A stretch of DNA of 64,000 nucleotides from contig NZ_SMNA01000001.1 of NCBI RefSeq assembly GCF_004353825.1, forward strand, positions 124,001 to 188,000. The letters are read 5' to 3'. Source of the stretch: Occultella glacieicola (GTDB lineage Bacteria > Actinomycetota > Actinomycetes > Actinomycetales > Beutenbergiaceae). Below, piece after piece: positions 51,138 to 60,672 of the stretch. The translations under genes and the position numbers were made by a program. The notes under the pieces were generated by a model, which had not been told where the DNA came from, did not search any database, and saw nothing but the letters and a program-made list of their open reading frames with translations. The number at the start of each line of letters is the position of its first letter. Within the stretch, counting starts at the first letter, position 1.

Positions 51138-52703
51138 ATGCCGACGTATCTCTCGCCAGGCGTATATGTCGAGGAGGTTGAGGCTGGGACACGACCCATC
51201 GAAGGGGTCGGTACCTCAGTCGCAGCATTCGTCGGCCTGGCATCGAAGGGTCCGGTGAACGAGCCGACACTCGTCTCCAACTGGACCCAGTTCTCTGAGA
51301 CCTTCGGGGATTTCGTCCCGGGGTCCTACCTGGCCCACTCCGTGTTCGGCTACTTCCAGAACGGCGGCAACAACGCCTACATCGTCCGGATCGGGGCGAA
51401 CGGCACCGATGGTGCCAGGAGTTCCCGGTCCCGGGCGTCGAAGGCACTGCCGGCCGGCGCCCCCGGCGGCCAGATCGGTGGCTACCGTGTGGTGGCCAAG
51501 GCGGACGCCCCGAAGGGCAAGAAGATCAGCGTCGAGGTCGCCGATGCCGGTGGGGACAACCCATCGGATGACCAGTTCAAGCTGGTCATCAAGGTCGACG
51601 GCAAGGAGGCCGAGACGTTCGACAACGTCACGACCAAGCGCGGCGCCGACAATGCGGCCACCAAGGTGAACCAGCAGTCCAAGCTCATCACGATCGAGGA
51701 GGTGGCCTCGGGCAGCGCCCTCGCGAAACCGGACAAGGGCTCCTCGGACCTGGTTGCCCCGGAGCCCGAGCCCGAGCCGCCGTCGACCACCGACCTGGGT
51801 GCCGACGACTACATCGGCGACGCCGCCGACCGCACCGGGTTCAGTGGCCTCGAGGCCGTGGACGAGGTCACCATCGTGTCCGTGCCGGACCTGGTCGCGG
51901 CGCTCGAGCAGAAGGCCATCGACGCCGAGACCTTCCAGGCCGTCCAACTGGCCATGATCGCCCACTGCGAGCTGATGGGCGACCGGATGGCGATCCTCGA
52001 CCCACCGCCGGGCCTGAATGCGCAGCAGGTCAAGGACTGGCGGGTGAACACCGCCGGCTACGACTCGAAGTACGCGACGCTGTACTGGCCGTACATCAAG
52101 GTCTTCGACCCGAGCGACGGTGCGACCAGGTTCGTGCCGCCGTCGGGCCACATGGCCGGGATCTGGGCGCGCAGCGACGGTGAACGCGGCGTGCACAAGG
52201 CCCCCGCGAACGAGGTCGTCCGTGGTGCCATCGCCCTGCAGACGCAGATCACGAGGGCCGAGCACGACCTCCTCAACCCGGTGGGCGTGAACGCTATCCG
52301 GACCTTCCCGGGCCGGGGTGTGCGGGTCTGGGGAGCGAGGACCCTCTCCTCGGACCCGGCGTGGCGCTACATCAACGTGCGGCGACTCTTCAACTACCTG
52401 GAGGAGTCGATCCTCGGCGGCACCCAGTGGGTGGTCTTCGAGCCGAACGACCGCGCCCTCTGGGCCCGCATCCGACGGACCATCTCCGCGTTCCTGGTGA
52501 ACGAGTGGCGCAAGGGGGCCCTGTTCGGCAGCACGCCGGACGAGGCCTACTTCGTCAAGTGCGACGACGAGACGAATCCGGCCGAGGGCATCGACGCGGG
52601 TCAGGTCGTCTGCCAGATCGGGATCGCGCCGGTGAAACCGGCGGAGTTCGTCATCTTCCAACTGTCGCAGTTCTCCGGCGGCACATCACTCGTGAGCGAA
52701 TAG
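51138..52703 (+). CDS. Contractile tail sheath protein
   Basis: YLSPGVYVEE, PPSGH, GVHKAPAN, WGARTL, YINVRR, VFEPN, APVKPAEF. Confidence 0.96.
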   Translation: MPTYLSPGVYVEEVEAGTRPIEGVGTSVAAFVGLASKGPVNEPTLVSNWTQFSETFGDFVPGSYLAHSVFGYFQNGGNNAYIVRIGANGTDGARSSRSRASKALPAGAPGGQIGGYRVVAKADAPKGKKISVEVADAGGDNPSDDQFKLVIKVDGKEAETFDNVTTKRGADNAATKVNQQSKLITIEEVASGSALAKPDKGSSDLVAPEPEPEPPSTTDLGADDYIGDAADRTGFSGLEAVDEVTIVSVPDLVAALEQKAIDAETFQAVQLAMIAHCELMGDRMAILDPPPGLNAQQVKDWRVNTAGYDSKYATLYWPYIKVFDPSDGATRFVPPSGHMAGIWARSDGERGVHKAPANEVVRGAIALQTQITRAEHDLLNPVGVNAIRTFPGRGVRVWGARTLSSDPAWRYINVRRLFNYLEESILGGTQWVVFEPNDRALWARIRRTISAFLVNEWRKGALFGSTPDEAYFVKCDDETNPAEGIDAGQVVCQIGIAPVKPAEFVIFQLSQFSGGTSLVSE

Positions 52704-52716
52704 AAGGAGTTGGACC

Positions 52717-53163
52717 ATGCCACTTCCCGACGCCCTTGACTCGTCCTCCGCCTACGCCTTCCGGGTCACAATCGACGGGATCGAGATCCCCAAGGTGATC
52801 GAGGTCGGCGGACTCAAGGCCGAGGTCGACAAGATCGAGATGAAGCAGCAGCTCAAGGACGGCAAGTACGTCGTCCGCCAGATCTTCGGGCGCCCCAAGG
52901 CTGGTGAGTTCACGGTGACGCGTGGCCTCACGGACTCCAAGACGGTCGTGGACTGGCTGAAGACGGTCAGCCAGGGCGACCTGGCCGGGGCCCGCAAGAC
53001 CGCCGCGGTGGAGTTGCTCGACTATCAGGACGGGCTGCTGATGACGTACAACTTCACGAACTGCTGGATCCGCAGCGTCGAGATCAGTTCGCTCAAGGCC
53101 GGGGCCACGGAACAGTCGACCGAGAAGGCCACGGTCTGCTACGACGAGGTCACGATCGCGTGA
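52717..53163 (+). CDS. Tail tube protein (T4 gp19-like)
   Basis: FRVTIDG, FTVTRGLT, YNFTNCW; follows the sheath gene. Confidence 0.92.
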   Translation: MPLPDALDSSSAYAFRVTIDGIEIPKVIEVGGLKAEVDKIEMKQQLKDGKYVVRQIFGRPKAGEFTVTRGLTDSKTVVDWLKTVSQGDLAGARKTAAVELLDYQDGLLMTYNFTNCWIRSVEISSLKAGATEQSTEKATVCYDEVTIA

Positions 53164-53615
53164 TGCAGCGCTCACGTGCCGCACTGGCTCCGGCCGATCC
53201 GGAGCAGGAGGTCCTCGCGCCTCCCGCTCCGGATCGCCCGGCCACCATGCGTACCGAGTTCGACTTCGAACTGCCGCGGGGCTTCGTGGACGGTGACGGC
53301 GTCGTGCATCGGCGGGGCACGATGCGGCTCGCCACCGCGCGCGACGAGCTCCTGCCGCTCTACGACGCCCGGGTGCAGGAGAACGCGGCGTTCACGACCG
53401 TGGTGCTCCTCGGGCGGGTGATCACCTCGTTGGGCACCCTCGGGGTCGTCAACGCGAACGTGGTCGAGAACATGTTCGCCTCGGACGTGGCGTTCCTGCA
53501 GGACTTCTACCGGCGGATCAACGCCGAGGGGCACACCAGGGCGGCGGTCACCTGCCCGTCGTGCTCGCACCGGTTCACCCTCGACCTCTCGGGTGGCCGC
53601 CTGGGGGAATCATGA
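53160..53615 (+). CDS. Putative tail assembly chaperone
   Basis: TEFDFELPRGFVD, GTMRLATARDE, DVAFLQDFYRRIN, CPSC; follows the tube gene. Confidence 0.78.
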   Translation: MMQRSRAALAPADPEQEVLAPPAPDRPATMRTEFDFELPRGFVDGDGVVHRRGTMRLATARDELLPLYDARVQENAAFTTVVLLGRVITSLGTLGVVNANVVENMFASDVAFLQDFYRRINAEGHTRAAVTCPSCSHRFTLDLSGGRLGES

Positions 53616-53770
53616 CGTACGGGGCCGACCGCATCTATCAGGAGGTCGCGTACGTCGCCTACCACTTCCACTGGTCGCGTGAGGAGATCCTCGACCTCGA
53701 GCACCCGCAGCGGCTGCGGTTCGTGGCCGAGATCGCGAACATCAACCGGCGTCTTTCCGAGGACAGGTGA
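53612..53770 (+). CDS. DUF6760-like small protein (gpT-like half of the chaperone)
   Basis: MTY..DRIYQEVAYVAYHFHWSREEILDLEH..R..FVAEIANIN. Confidence 0.8.
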   Translation: MTYGADRIYQEVAYVAYHFHWSREEILDLEHPQRLRFVAEIANINRRLSEDR

Positions 53771-53773
53771 GCC

Positions 53774-56700
53774 ATGCGATGGCCCTGGCAACCAGCGAAG
53801 GAGAAGACCCCACCGGCGCCGCCGTCTCCCTCGCCCGCGCCAGCGCGCCCGGCATCGGCGGCACCTGACCCTGAACCCGGGCCCGCCGGCTGGGCGTTCC
53901 TGCCACCGCTGCAACGGACCATCGGACCGGCCGAACTGGTCCATCGCCCGACGACGTTCCAGCACTCCCTGAGTGCGTGGGCGTCGCCGTCGTTCATGGG
54001 CGCCATGACGCACCTGGTCGACGCGTCCGCGCCGTCGGGGGTGGTCGACGGCGATCGCGCCGGTCTCATCGGTGCGCCGACCCAGCGGGTCGACTCCGCC
54101 GAACTCACGCTGCTGCCGCCCCCGCCGCCGTCGCCGCGGGTCCAACGGGCCGCATCGGGGGCCGCCGGGTCGATGACCCGGGCCGCCGCCGACGTGCGCG
54201 GACTGCCCGTGCACCATCCCACGGTCCTGCCCGACGTCCCGACCGAACCGGCGCCGCCGTCGGCGGACCACGGCGCGGGGCACGGTGAGTTCGGGCCGAA
54301 CGCCGACGCCGACGAACCCGGGCCGGAGACGGACGAACCGTCGGGATACCAGGAGGACGGAGCGACGTACGTGCCGATCGCCGCCCGGCCCTCCGGGGAG
54401 TCGGGAGCGGCGTCGGACGGCGCGATCGGAGCCGCGGGCACCCCCGTGCAGCGCACCGGGCCGACCGTTCCCGCGCCGCTCGCCGGGCCGGCGTCGGACG
54501 CACCGCTCCGACGCCTGGGGCTCGGTGCACCGCTGCCGACGGCGGACGTGCAGCGGCAGGTCGGCTCACCGGGGGCGTCGGCCGGGTCGAGTGCTCCGCC
54601 ATCCTCGGCACAGCCGCCATCGGTGTCACGCGTGGCTGGTCCCGCGGCCTCGTCCGGCCCGCCGCCTGGAGTCGCCACGGTGGCCGGGCCCGCGTCGACT
54701 TCCTCAGGGGCACCTGCGGGCCCGACCTCGACAGGCGCCTCGTCCGCGACGACCGTGGCGTCGCCCGGCACCGGCGCCACCGGTGCCGCGGTCCTCGGCT
54801 CGAACCCGGGCACGCTCGGTCCGCCGCCGGGTGTGCCGGCGACCGGACCGGTACCGGCGGGCGCGTTCCCAGCGGCGCCCCTGCCGCTGCAGCGGGCCGT
54901 GCCCGGGGGCGCAGCCACACGCGGTGACGAGCACGCTCCCACGGCCGGCGGCACGGGCGGGGCGTTCCCGGAGCACGACGGTTCAGCGTTCGCGGGGCCG
55001 GACCCGGCCAGCGCCGTGGCCGAGGCTGCGGGGGCGGTCGAGCCCGCGGCTGCGGGCGAACCTGCGCTCGCTATCGAACCCGCTGTGGCTGTCGAACCCG
55101 CTGTGCCCATCGAACCCGCTGTGCCGATCGAACCCGCTGTGCCGATCGAACCCGCAGGACCCATCGGAGCCGCAGTGCCCATCGAAGCTCCGACGCCCAT
55201 CGGACCCGCAGTGACCGTCTCGCGAACGGCCGCCGACCCGCAGACCGTGGTCCCCATCGGGCTTGGCCCCGTCACCGAGCCGCGTGCGGTGGATCCGCCG
55301 ATCGTCCCCTCGGTCGATCCACCGCACGCCCCCATGCCGCTGGCCACATCGGCCGGACCGGACGAGGCCGCCCGCGGCCCGGCGGGCGGCGCCACCGCAG
55401 TCCCCGGCCCGACCGCGGCGCCCACGCCGACGCCGGTGCAGCGGACGGCGGTGGCCCCCACCGTGCCGGAACCGGGCGTCCCCTCCTCGACGGTTGTGGA
55501 TCCCACGGCTGTTCGGTCCACCCTCGCACCACCGCAACGGACCATCGGACCGGCCGTCGACGCGGGTGGAGCCGGTTCATCCGTGCCGCCGGGTTCGGTG
55601 GGTTCGGCGGCACTGGGTTCAGCGGCACCGGGTTCGGCCGCGCAGGCGTCGGTCGTACAGCGGCAGGCGGCTGCCGGTGGCACGACGCCTGAGCTCGACC
55701 TCCGGCGAACCGGCGCGGACCGCGCACCCGGATCGGGCGCCACGGCCCCGGCCGGCGCGGGTCGCGTCGCCGAGCGGCCGACGCTCGCCCCGCTCCAGCG
55801 CGTGGCAGAGCAGTGGGGACGGACCACGCAGGGCGCTGCCTCGACGTCGGCCCGGCCGGGCCCGGGCCAGAGCGCCCGGCCCCCGCTGGTCCAGCGTGCG
55901 ACCACGACCCCGGCTCCGGATCGACCCGGTTCCGCGACGGCAGCATCGCGGGCCCCCGCCCGGGCCCCGGGGCAGGCACCCACGGTCGGCGCCGCCGAGG
56001 TCGCCGGACGCGTGGCCCCGGGACCACCCCCCGCAGGAACGCCCGGGCCAGCCGGCGTTGCCCAGGGGGTCGCGTTCGATGCCGCCTCCGGCACCGGCGC
56101 GGCGGCGGGCACGGGCCCGATCCTCGGGCCGGATCCGGACGCCGACGGTTCGGGTGCCGCGGGGTCCGACCTCCCGGCTTCGCTCACGGACACCGGAATC
56201 CTCGCGCAACGGACCGTGGCCGGACCCGCCTCGGCGCCGGCGACCGAACGCGGCCCGCTCGGCCCCGGATCCCCCAGCCGCGTGGACCTGCCCGTCGCGG
56301 TCGTCGGTGCGGCCACGGCAGGGTCCCACCCACCGGCCGGCGCATCCGGGAGGTCGCCGGGGAACGTCGCCCCGATGGTCTCCAGGGCGCACGCCTCCGC
56401 GGCCACGAGACCGATCGGGCCGGCCCTCGTGGCGCCACCGGCGGCCGGGTCCGCGCGACCGATCGGACTGCTCGGCGACGCAGGTCGTGGGCCGGTGGCC
56501 ACGCTCACCCGGTCGACCGAGGCGATCGGCACGGACCTCCACGACCCGGAGGTCGACCCGTGGCCCGGCGGCGGGCCGGTCCTGGCCCCCGCCGGTACAG
56601 TCGAACTCGGGGCCGGCGCCGCCGACGGACCGGTCGTGGCCCGGAGCATCCCGGGCACGCTGAGCACCCCGGGCACGCGGAATACCCCGGGCACGCTGAG

Positions 56701-57163
56701 CACGCTGAGCACTCCCGGCCACGTGGACCTCCCGGTCGCCCATGCGGTCGGCATCGAGTCGGTCGACACCGCGCCGGCTCCGACGCGCCCACGCCGGCCG
56801 CGCCTCCTCGGTGGTCATCGCGGCGGCGGCGCCCCGAACGCCGGCGGGCTCCCCCTGAACCAACCACCCGCGGCCGCCCAGCCCAGCCAGCCCGGCCCGT
56901 CCGGCCAAACCGGCCCACCCGGCACCGATGCCGCTGCGGCGAACCCGGGCTCCGCCGTCGGCCCCTCGGTCGCCCCGGCCGCCTCCGTGACGACCACGGT
57001 CGCCCGGGCCGACCCCGACCGCGCGGCGGGCGGTCTCGGCGAGCTCTCCGCGGGCGCCGTCGAGGAGCTCGCCGACCGGCTCACCGGCCCGATCATGCGG
57101 CGGCTGCGGGCCCAACTACTCGTGGACCGCGAACGTCGCGGCATCCGCACGGACCTGCGGTAG
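53774..57163 (+). CDS. 1129-aa Pro/Ala/Gly-rich CIS protein (tape-measure-like or lumen cargo)
   Basis: Lies between chaperone and second tube; N-terminal GW..LPPLQRT..F..SL.AW..PSF; C-terminal ELADRL..PIMRRLRAQLLVDRERRG. Confidence 0.7.
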   Translation: MRWPWQPAKEKTPPAPPSPSPAPARPASAAPDPEPGPAGWAFLPPLQRTIGPAELVHRPTTFQHSLSAWASPSFMGAMTHLVDASAPSGVVDGDRAGLIGAPTQRVDSAELTLLPPPPPSPRVQRAASGAAGSMTRAAADVRGLPVHHPTVLPDVPTEPAPPSADHGAGHGEFGPNADADEPGPETDEPSGYQEDGATYVPIAARPSGESGAASDGAIGAAGTPVQRTGPTVPAPLAGPASDAPLRRLGLGAPLPTADVQRQVGSPGASAGSSAPPSSAQPPSVSRVAGPAASSGPPPGVATVAGPASTSSGAPAGPTSTGASSATTVASPGTGATGAAVLGSNPGTLGPPPGVPATGPVPAGAFPAAPLPLQRAVPGGAATRGDEHAPTAGGTGGAFPEHDGSAFAGPDPASAVAEAAGAVEPAAAGEPALAIEPAVAVEPAVPIEPAVPIEPAVPIEPAGPIGAAVPIEAPTPIGPAVTVSRTAADPQTVVPIGLGPVTEPRAVDPPIVPSVDPPHAPMPLATSAGPDEAARGPAGGATAVPGPTAAPTPTPVQRTAVAPTVPEPGVPSSTVVDPTAVRSTLAPPQRTIGPAVDAGGAGSSVPPGSVGSAALGSAAPGSAAQASVVQRQAAAGGTTPELDLRRTGADRAPGSGATAPAGAGRVAERPTLAPLQRVAEQWGRTTQGAASTSARPGPGQSARPPLVQRATTTPAPDRPGSATAASRAPARAPGQAPTVGAAEVAGRVAPGPPPAGTPGPAGVAQGVAFDAASGTGAAAGTGPILGPDPDADGSGAAGSDLPASLTDTGILAQRTVAGPASAPATERGPLGPGSPSRVDLPVAVVGAATAGSHPPAGASGRSPGNVAPMVSRAHASAATRPIGPALVAPPAAGSARPIGLLGDAGRGPVATLTRSTEAIGTDLHDPEVDPWPGGGPVLAPAGTVELGAGAADGPVVARSIPGTLSTPGTRNTPGTLSTLSTPGHVDLPVAHAVGIESVDTAPAPTRPRRPRLLGGHRGGGAPNAGGLPLNQPPAAAQPSQPGPSGQTGPPGTDAAAANPGSAVGPSVAPAASVTTTVARADPDRAAGGLGELSAGAVEELADRLTGPIMRRLRAQLLVDRERRGIRTDLR
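55037..55216 (+). repeat. In-frame 18-bp degenerate tandem repeat (IEPAVP), about 10 units
   Basis: ATCGAACCCGCTGTGCCN units at 55073, 55091, 55109, 55127, 55145 with degenerate flanking copies. Confidence 0.85.
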
Positions 57164-57176
57164 GGAGGCGGAGCAG

Positions 57177-57614
57177 ATGTCAGAGGTGCTCCAGGAGGTC
57201 GAGACCGGAGTCGGTGTCCGGTACGTCGTCAAGATCGACGGCGTCGACCTGGGGTCGTTCAGCTCGTGCACGGGGCTCGGGGTCGAGGTGGTCATGGAGG
57301 TGCGCGAGGAGGGCGGCAACAACACCAACGCCTGGCAGTTGCCCACCCGCCTGAAGTACCCGAACATCACTCTGACCCGCCCGCTCGGGAAGGACACGTC
57401 CAAGGTCGCCGAGTGGTTCTCCTCGGTGGCGAAGGGGTACAAGCGCCGCACCGGCACCATCGAGGCGATGACCGTCGACGGGCGGATCATCGCGACCTGG
57501 GGTCTCACCGACATCGTTCCGGTGCGGTGGTCCGGTCCCACGTTCAACTCCGACAGTCCGGCGATCCTGACCGAGTCCGTCGAGATCGCCCACCACGGCT
57601 TCCTGGCCCCCTGA
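57177..57614 (+). CDS. Second tail tube-like protein (Afp5-like)
   Basis: FSSCTGLG, EEGGNN, QLPTRLKYPNITLTR, PVRWSGP, EIAHHGF. Confidence 0.92.
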   Translation: MSEVLQEVETGVGVRYVVKIDGVDLGSFSSCTGLGVEVVMEVREEGGNNTNAWQLPTRLKYPNITLTRPLGKDTSKVAEWFSSVAKGYKRRTGTIEAMTVDGRIIATWGLTDIVPVRWSGPTFNSDSPAILTESVEIAHHGFLAP

Positions 57615-57630
57615 TCGAGGTGAGATCGTC

Positions 57631-58425
57631 ATGCCCGCACCCGTAGCGTTCGAGGCCGCCGGAGCCGGTGGAGCCGGCTCCCCGGCCCGGCTCGAGCACG
57701 CCTACCTGCAGCTCCACGAGCCGTCCAAGGACGGGTCCCTGTCCAAGCCCGGACCGAAACTGGAGCGCGTCGACTTCCAGTTCAACCCCAAGGAGCTGAG
57801 CCTGACCAAACGGGCGGTGTGGAAGGACAGCCCGGCCACCGGCAACAAGAAGGCCGGGCCGCCGCAATACACCGGGCCGCAGCCCACCACGCTCACCCTG
57901 GAGATGTTCCTCGATGCCTCCGACACCCAGGACTCCTCGGTGGTGAAGAAGGTGGAGCGCCTGTTCACCTGCTGCGTGCCCACGGCGGCGTCGTTCGGGC
58001 AGAAGAAGGCGTCACCACCGTGGGTGCTGTTCCGGTGGGGCGGGCTGACCGGGTTCCTCGCCTATATCGAGTCGGTCTCGGCGACGTACACACTGTTCAC
58101 GTCCGCCGGTCTGCCGATCAGGGCCACCTGTACGGTGACCCTGAACGAGATCGCCGGTGAGCAGCCGGGCCAGAACCCCACCTCGGGCGGGCTCGTGCCG
58201 CGTCGCGAGCATGTGCTCCGCGCCGGGGACTCGCTCGCCGGCATCGCGTACGCCGAGTACGGGGACCCGGCCTTGTGGCGGGCGGTGGCCGACCTCAACG
58301 GAGTGGACGATCCGGTCCGACTCCGGCCCGGGCACCGGCTCCTGCTGCCCGCGGCGGACGAACTGCCGAGCGTGGCGGCCCGCCGTGGCCCGGTGGACGC
58401 GGAGGTGGCACATGCCGGCTACTGA
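57631..58425 (+). CDS. CIS tube initiator with LysM domain (Afp7-like)
   Basis: FQFNP, PPWVLFRWG, GLPIRA, GDSL..IAY.EYGDP.LWR.VA..N. Confidence 0.9.
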   Translation: MPAPVAFEAAGAGGAGSPARLEHAYLQLHEPSKDGSLSKPGPKLERVDFQFNPKELSLTKRAVWKDSPATGNKKAGPPQYTGPQPTTLTLEMFLDASDTQDSSVVKKVERLFTCCVPTAASFGQKKASPPWVLFRWGGLTGFLAYIESVSATYTLFTSAGLPIRATCTVTLNEIAGEQPGQNPTSGGLVPRREHVLRAGDSLAGIAYAEYGDPALWRAVADLNGVDDPVRLRPGHRLLLPAADELPSVAARRGPVDAEVAHAGY

Positions 58426-60247
58426 GACCTTCACCTCCAGCCTGATCGTGACCGTGGACGGGGCGGCCCTGGCGCCGACGCTTGCCGCGAACCTGGTCTC
58501 CGGGACGATCGAGGACACGATCCAGCTGCCGTCGATGTTCACGCTGCGGTTCGCCGATCCCCATGCCGAACTGATCGAGACGGCGCAACTGAAGATCGGC
58601 GCCAAGGTGGACCTGCGGGTGCAGACGAGTAGCACCGGCGGCCCGGAGGAGCTGTTCATCGGCGAGGTGACCGCGCTCGAGGCCGAGCTCGGGCCGACCG
58701 GCATGTTCGCGATCGTCCGGGGCATGGACCCCTCCCACAAGCTCCAGCACGGCACCCGGATCAAGGCCTACCTGAACAAGGGGCCCGGGGACATCGTCGG
58801 TGAGATCGCCGCCGCGCACGGCCTCGGTAAGGGGACCGTGGACGTGCAGCAACCCATCTACACCCACCTGACCCAGGACGGGATCAGCGACTGGGACTTC
58901 CTCGGCAGGCTCGGGAACCGGGTCGGGGCCCGCCCGAACGTGCGCGACGGGAAGCTCCACTTCCGCGCCGCGACCGACTCGAGCACCGCACCGGCCGCAG
59001 GAAGCCGGGCCGACCCGCTGGTCATCGAACGTGGCGTCGACCTGGAATGGGTCCGCGCCACGGTGACCGCCGCCGATCAGGTGCCCGATGTCGAGGTGCG
59101 TGGCTGGGACCCGGACGGCAAGCGCGAACTCGTCGCGACGGCGCCGGCGAAGACCGTGGTGGCGGCACCCGCCGGCCCGAGCACCCCGGCGAAGCTCGCG
59201 GCGGGGGTCGGCGCGCCCACCTACGTGGTGTCCCGGTCGTCGCTGAGCACCCAGGCCGAGTGCGACGGCGAGGCAAAGGCGCTCGCGGAGCGTCTCGCTG
59301 GGGGATTCGCCGAGGTCGAGGGCGGCGGGTACGGGAACGCAGCCCTGCGGGCCGGAGTGGCCGTGCTGCTGGCCGGGGTCGGCACCACCTTCGAGGGTGC
59401 CTACACGCTGACCCACGTGCGGCACGAGTTCTCCGATGAGGGCTTCCGCACCTCGTTCACGGCCTCCGGTGCGTCCGAACGAACCCTCTACGGCAGCACC
59501 CGCGGTGGTGAGAGCGCGCCGGTGCGCGCGGGCGTGGTCCCCGCGATCGTCACCAACCTCAAGGACACCGCTCAGGCGGGCCGGGTGAAGGTCAAGTACC
59601 CGACGTACTCCGGTGACTACGAGAGCGGCTGGGCGCGCCCGGTGCAGGTGGGCGCCGGCGGGCAGCGCGGAACGATGGTGCTGCCCGAGGTCGGCGACGA
59701 GGTCCTGGTCGCCTTCGCGGAGGGGGAGTTCGGCACCCCCTACGTTCTCGGAGGCCTCTACAACGGCAAGGACAAGCCCGACAAGGCGTTGTCCGAGCAC
59801 GTCGGCAGCGACGGCAAGGTGACGAGGCGCTCGTTCACCTCACGCACCGGGATGCTCGTGGAGTTCCTCGAGAAGCCCGGCGGGGAGTCCCTCGTGGTGA
59901 GCACGAACGGCGGCCAGCAGCGCATCACCCTGACCCAGAAGCCGGAGGCCGCCATCGAGATCGTCACCACCGGGCCCGTCACCGTCAAGTCGCAGCAGGA
60001 CGTCACGGTGGAGGCACAGCGCAACATCTCCGTGAAGAGCGTCGGCGGCGACATCGCGATGGAGGCCATGAACATCAAGCTCAAGGCCCAGGCAGGGTTC
60101 GAGGCCGGTGGGGCAACCGTGAAGGTCGCCGGGCAGGCGTCGACCGAGGTCACCGGTGCCAACGTGAAGGTGGCCGCGAACGCCGCCGCGGAACTCTCGT
60201 CCGGCGCCATGACCACCATCCGCGGCGCCCTCGTGAAGATCAACTAG
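58412..60247 (+). CDS. VgrG-like spike protein
   Basis: SDWDFL, VRGWD, GRVKVKYP, LPEVGDEVLVAF..G..PYVLGGLYNG; beta-helix tail ending VKIN. Confidence 0.93.
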   Translation: MPATETFTSSLIVTVDGAALAPTLAANLVSGTIEDTIQLPSMFTLRFADPHAELIETAQLKIGAKVDLRVQTSSTGGPEELFIGEVTALEAELGPTGMFAIVRGMDPSHKLQHGTRIKAYLNKGPGDIVGEIAAAHGLGKGTVDVQQPIYTHLTQDGISDWDFLGRLGNRVGARPNVRDGKLHFRAATDSSTAPAAGSRADPLVIERGVDLEWVRATVTAADQVPDVEVRGWDPDGKRELVATAPAKTVVAAPAGPSTPAKLAAGVGAPTYVVSRSSLSTQAECDGEAKALAERLAGGFAEVEGGGYGNAALRAGVAVLLAGVGTTFEGAYTLTHVRHEFSDEGFRTSFTASGASERTLYGSTRGGESAPVRAGVVPAIVTNLKDTAQAGRVKVKYPTYSGDYESGWARPVQVGAGGQRGTMVLPEVGDEVLVAFAEGEFGTPYVLGGLYNGKDKPDKALSEHVGSDGKVTRRSFTSRTGMLVEFLEKPGGESLVVSTNGGQQRITLTQKPEAAIEIVTTGPVTVKSQQDVTVEAQRNISVKSVGGDIAMEAMNIKLKAQAGFEAGGATVKVAGQASTEVTGANVKVAANAAAELSSGAMTTIRGALVKIN

Positions 60248-60260
60248 GCGGGAGGCAGGC

Positions 60261-60671
60261 ATGGGTCAGGAGTTCATCGGGGCCGGCTGGTCCTTCCCGC
60301 TGCGGTTCGACCGTACCGGGCGGGTCGCCCTGGTCCGCGAGACCCGTGAGATCGAGGAGAGCATCCGCCTGATCCTGGCCACCTCCCCGGGGGAGCGGCC
60401 GATGCGGCCGGAGTTCGGCTGTGCCATCCACGACTACGTGTTCGCACCGGCCAACGCCGCGACCGCCGGTGACATCGCCTACGTCGTGAGGGTGGCGCTG
60501 GACCGCTGGGAGCCCCGCATCGACCTCGAGGACGTGGTGGTGCGCTTCGACGCGGCCGACGACGGCGTCCTGTTCGTCGACGTCGTCTACTCCATCCGCG
60601 GCACCAACGAGCCGCGGAACCTGGTCTTCCCGTTCTATGTGATCCCCACCCACGACGAGGCCGGAGCCTGA
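60261..60671 (+). CDS. GPW/gp25 family baseplate protein
   Basis: GWSFP, ILATSPGERPMRPEFGC, WEPRI, NLVFPFY. Confidence 0.94.
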   Translation: MGQEFIGAGWSFPLRFDRTGRVALVRETREIEESIRLILATSPGERPMRPEFGCAIHDYVFAPANAATAGDIAYVVRVALDRWEPRIDLEDVVVRFDAADDGVLFVDVVYSIRGTNEPRNLVFPFYVIPTHDEAGA

Positions 60672-60672
60672 C

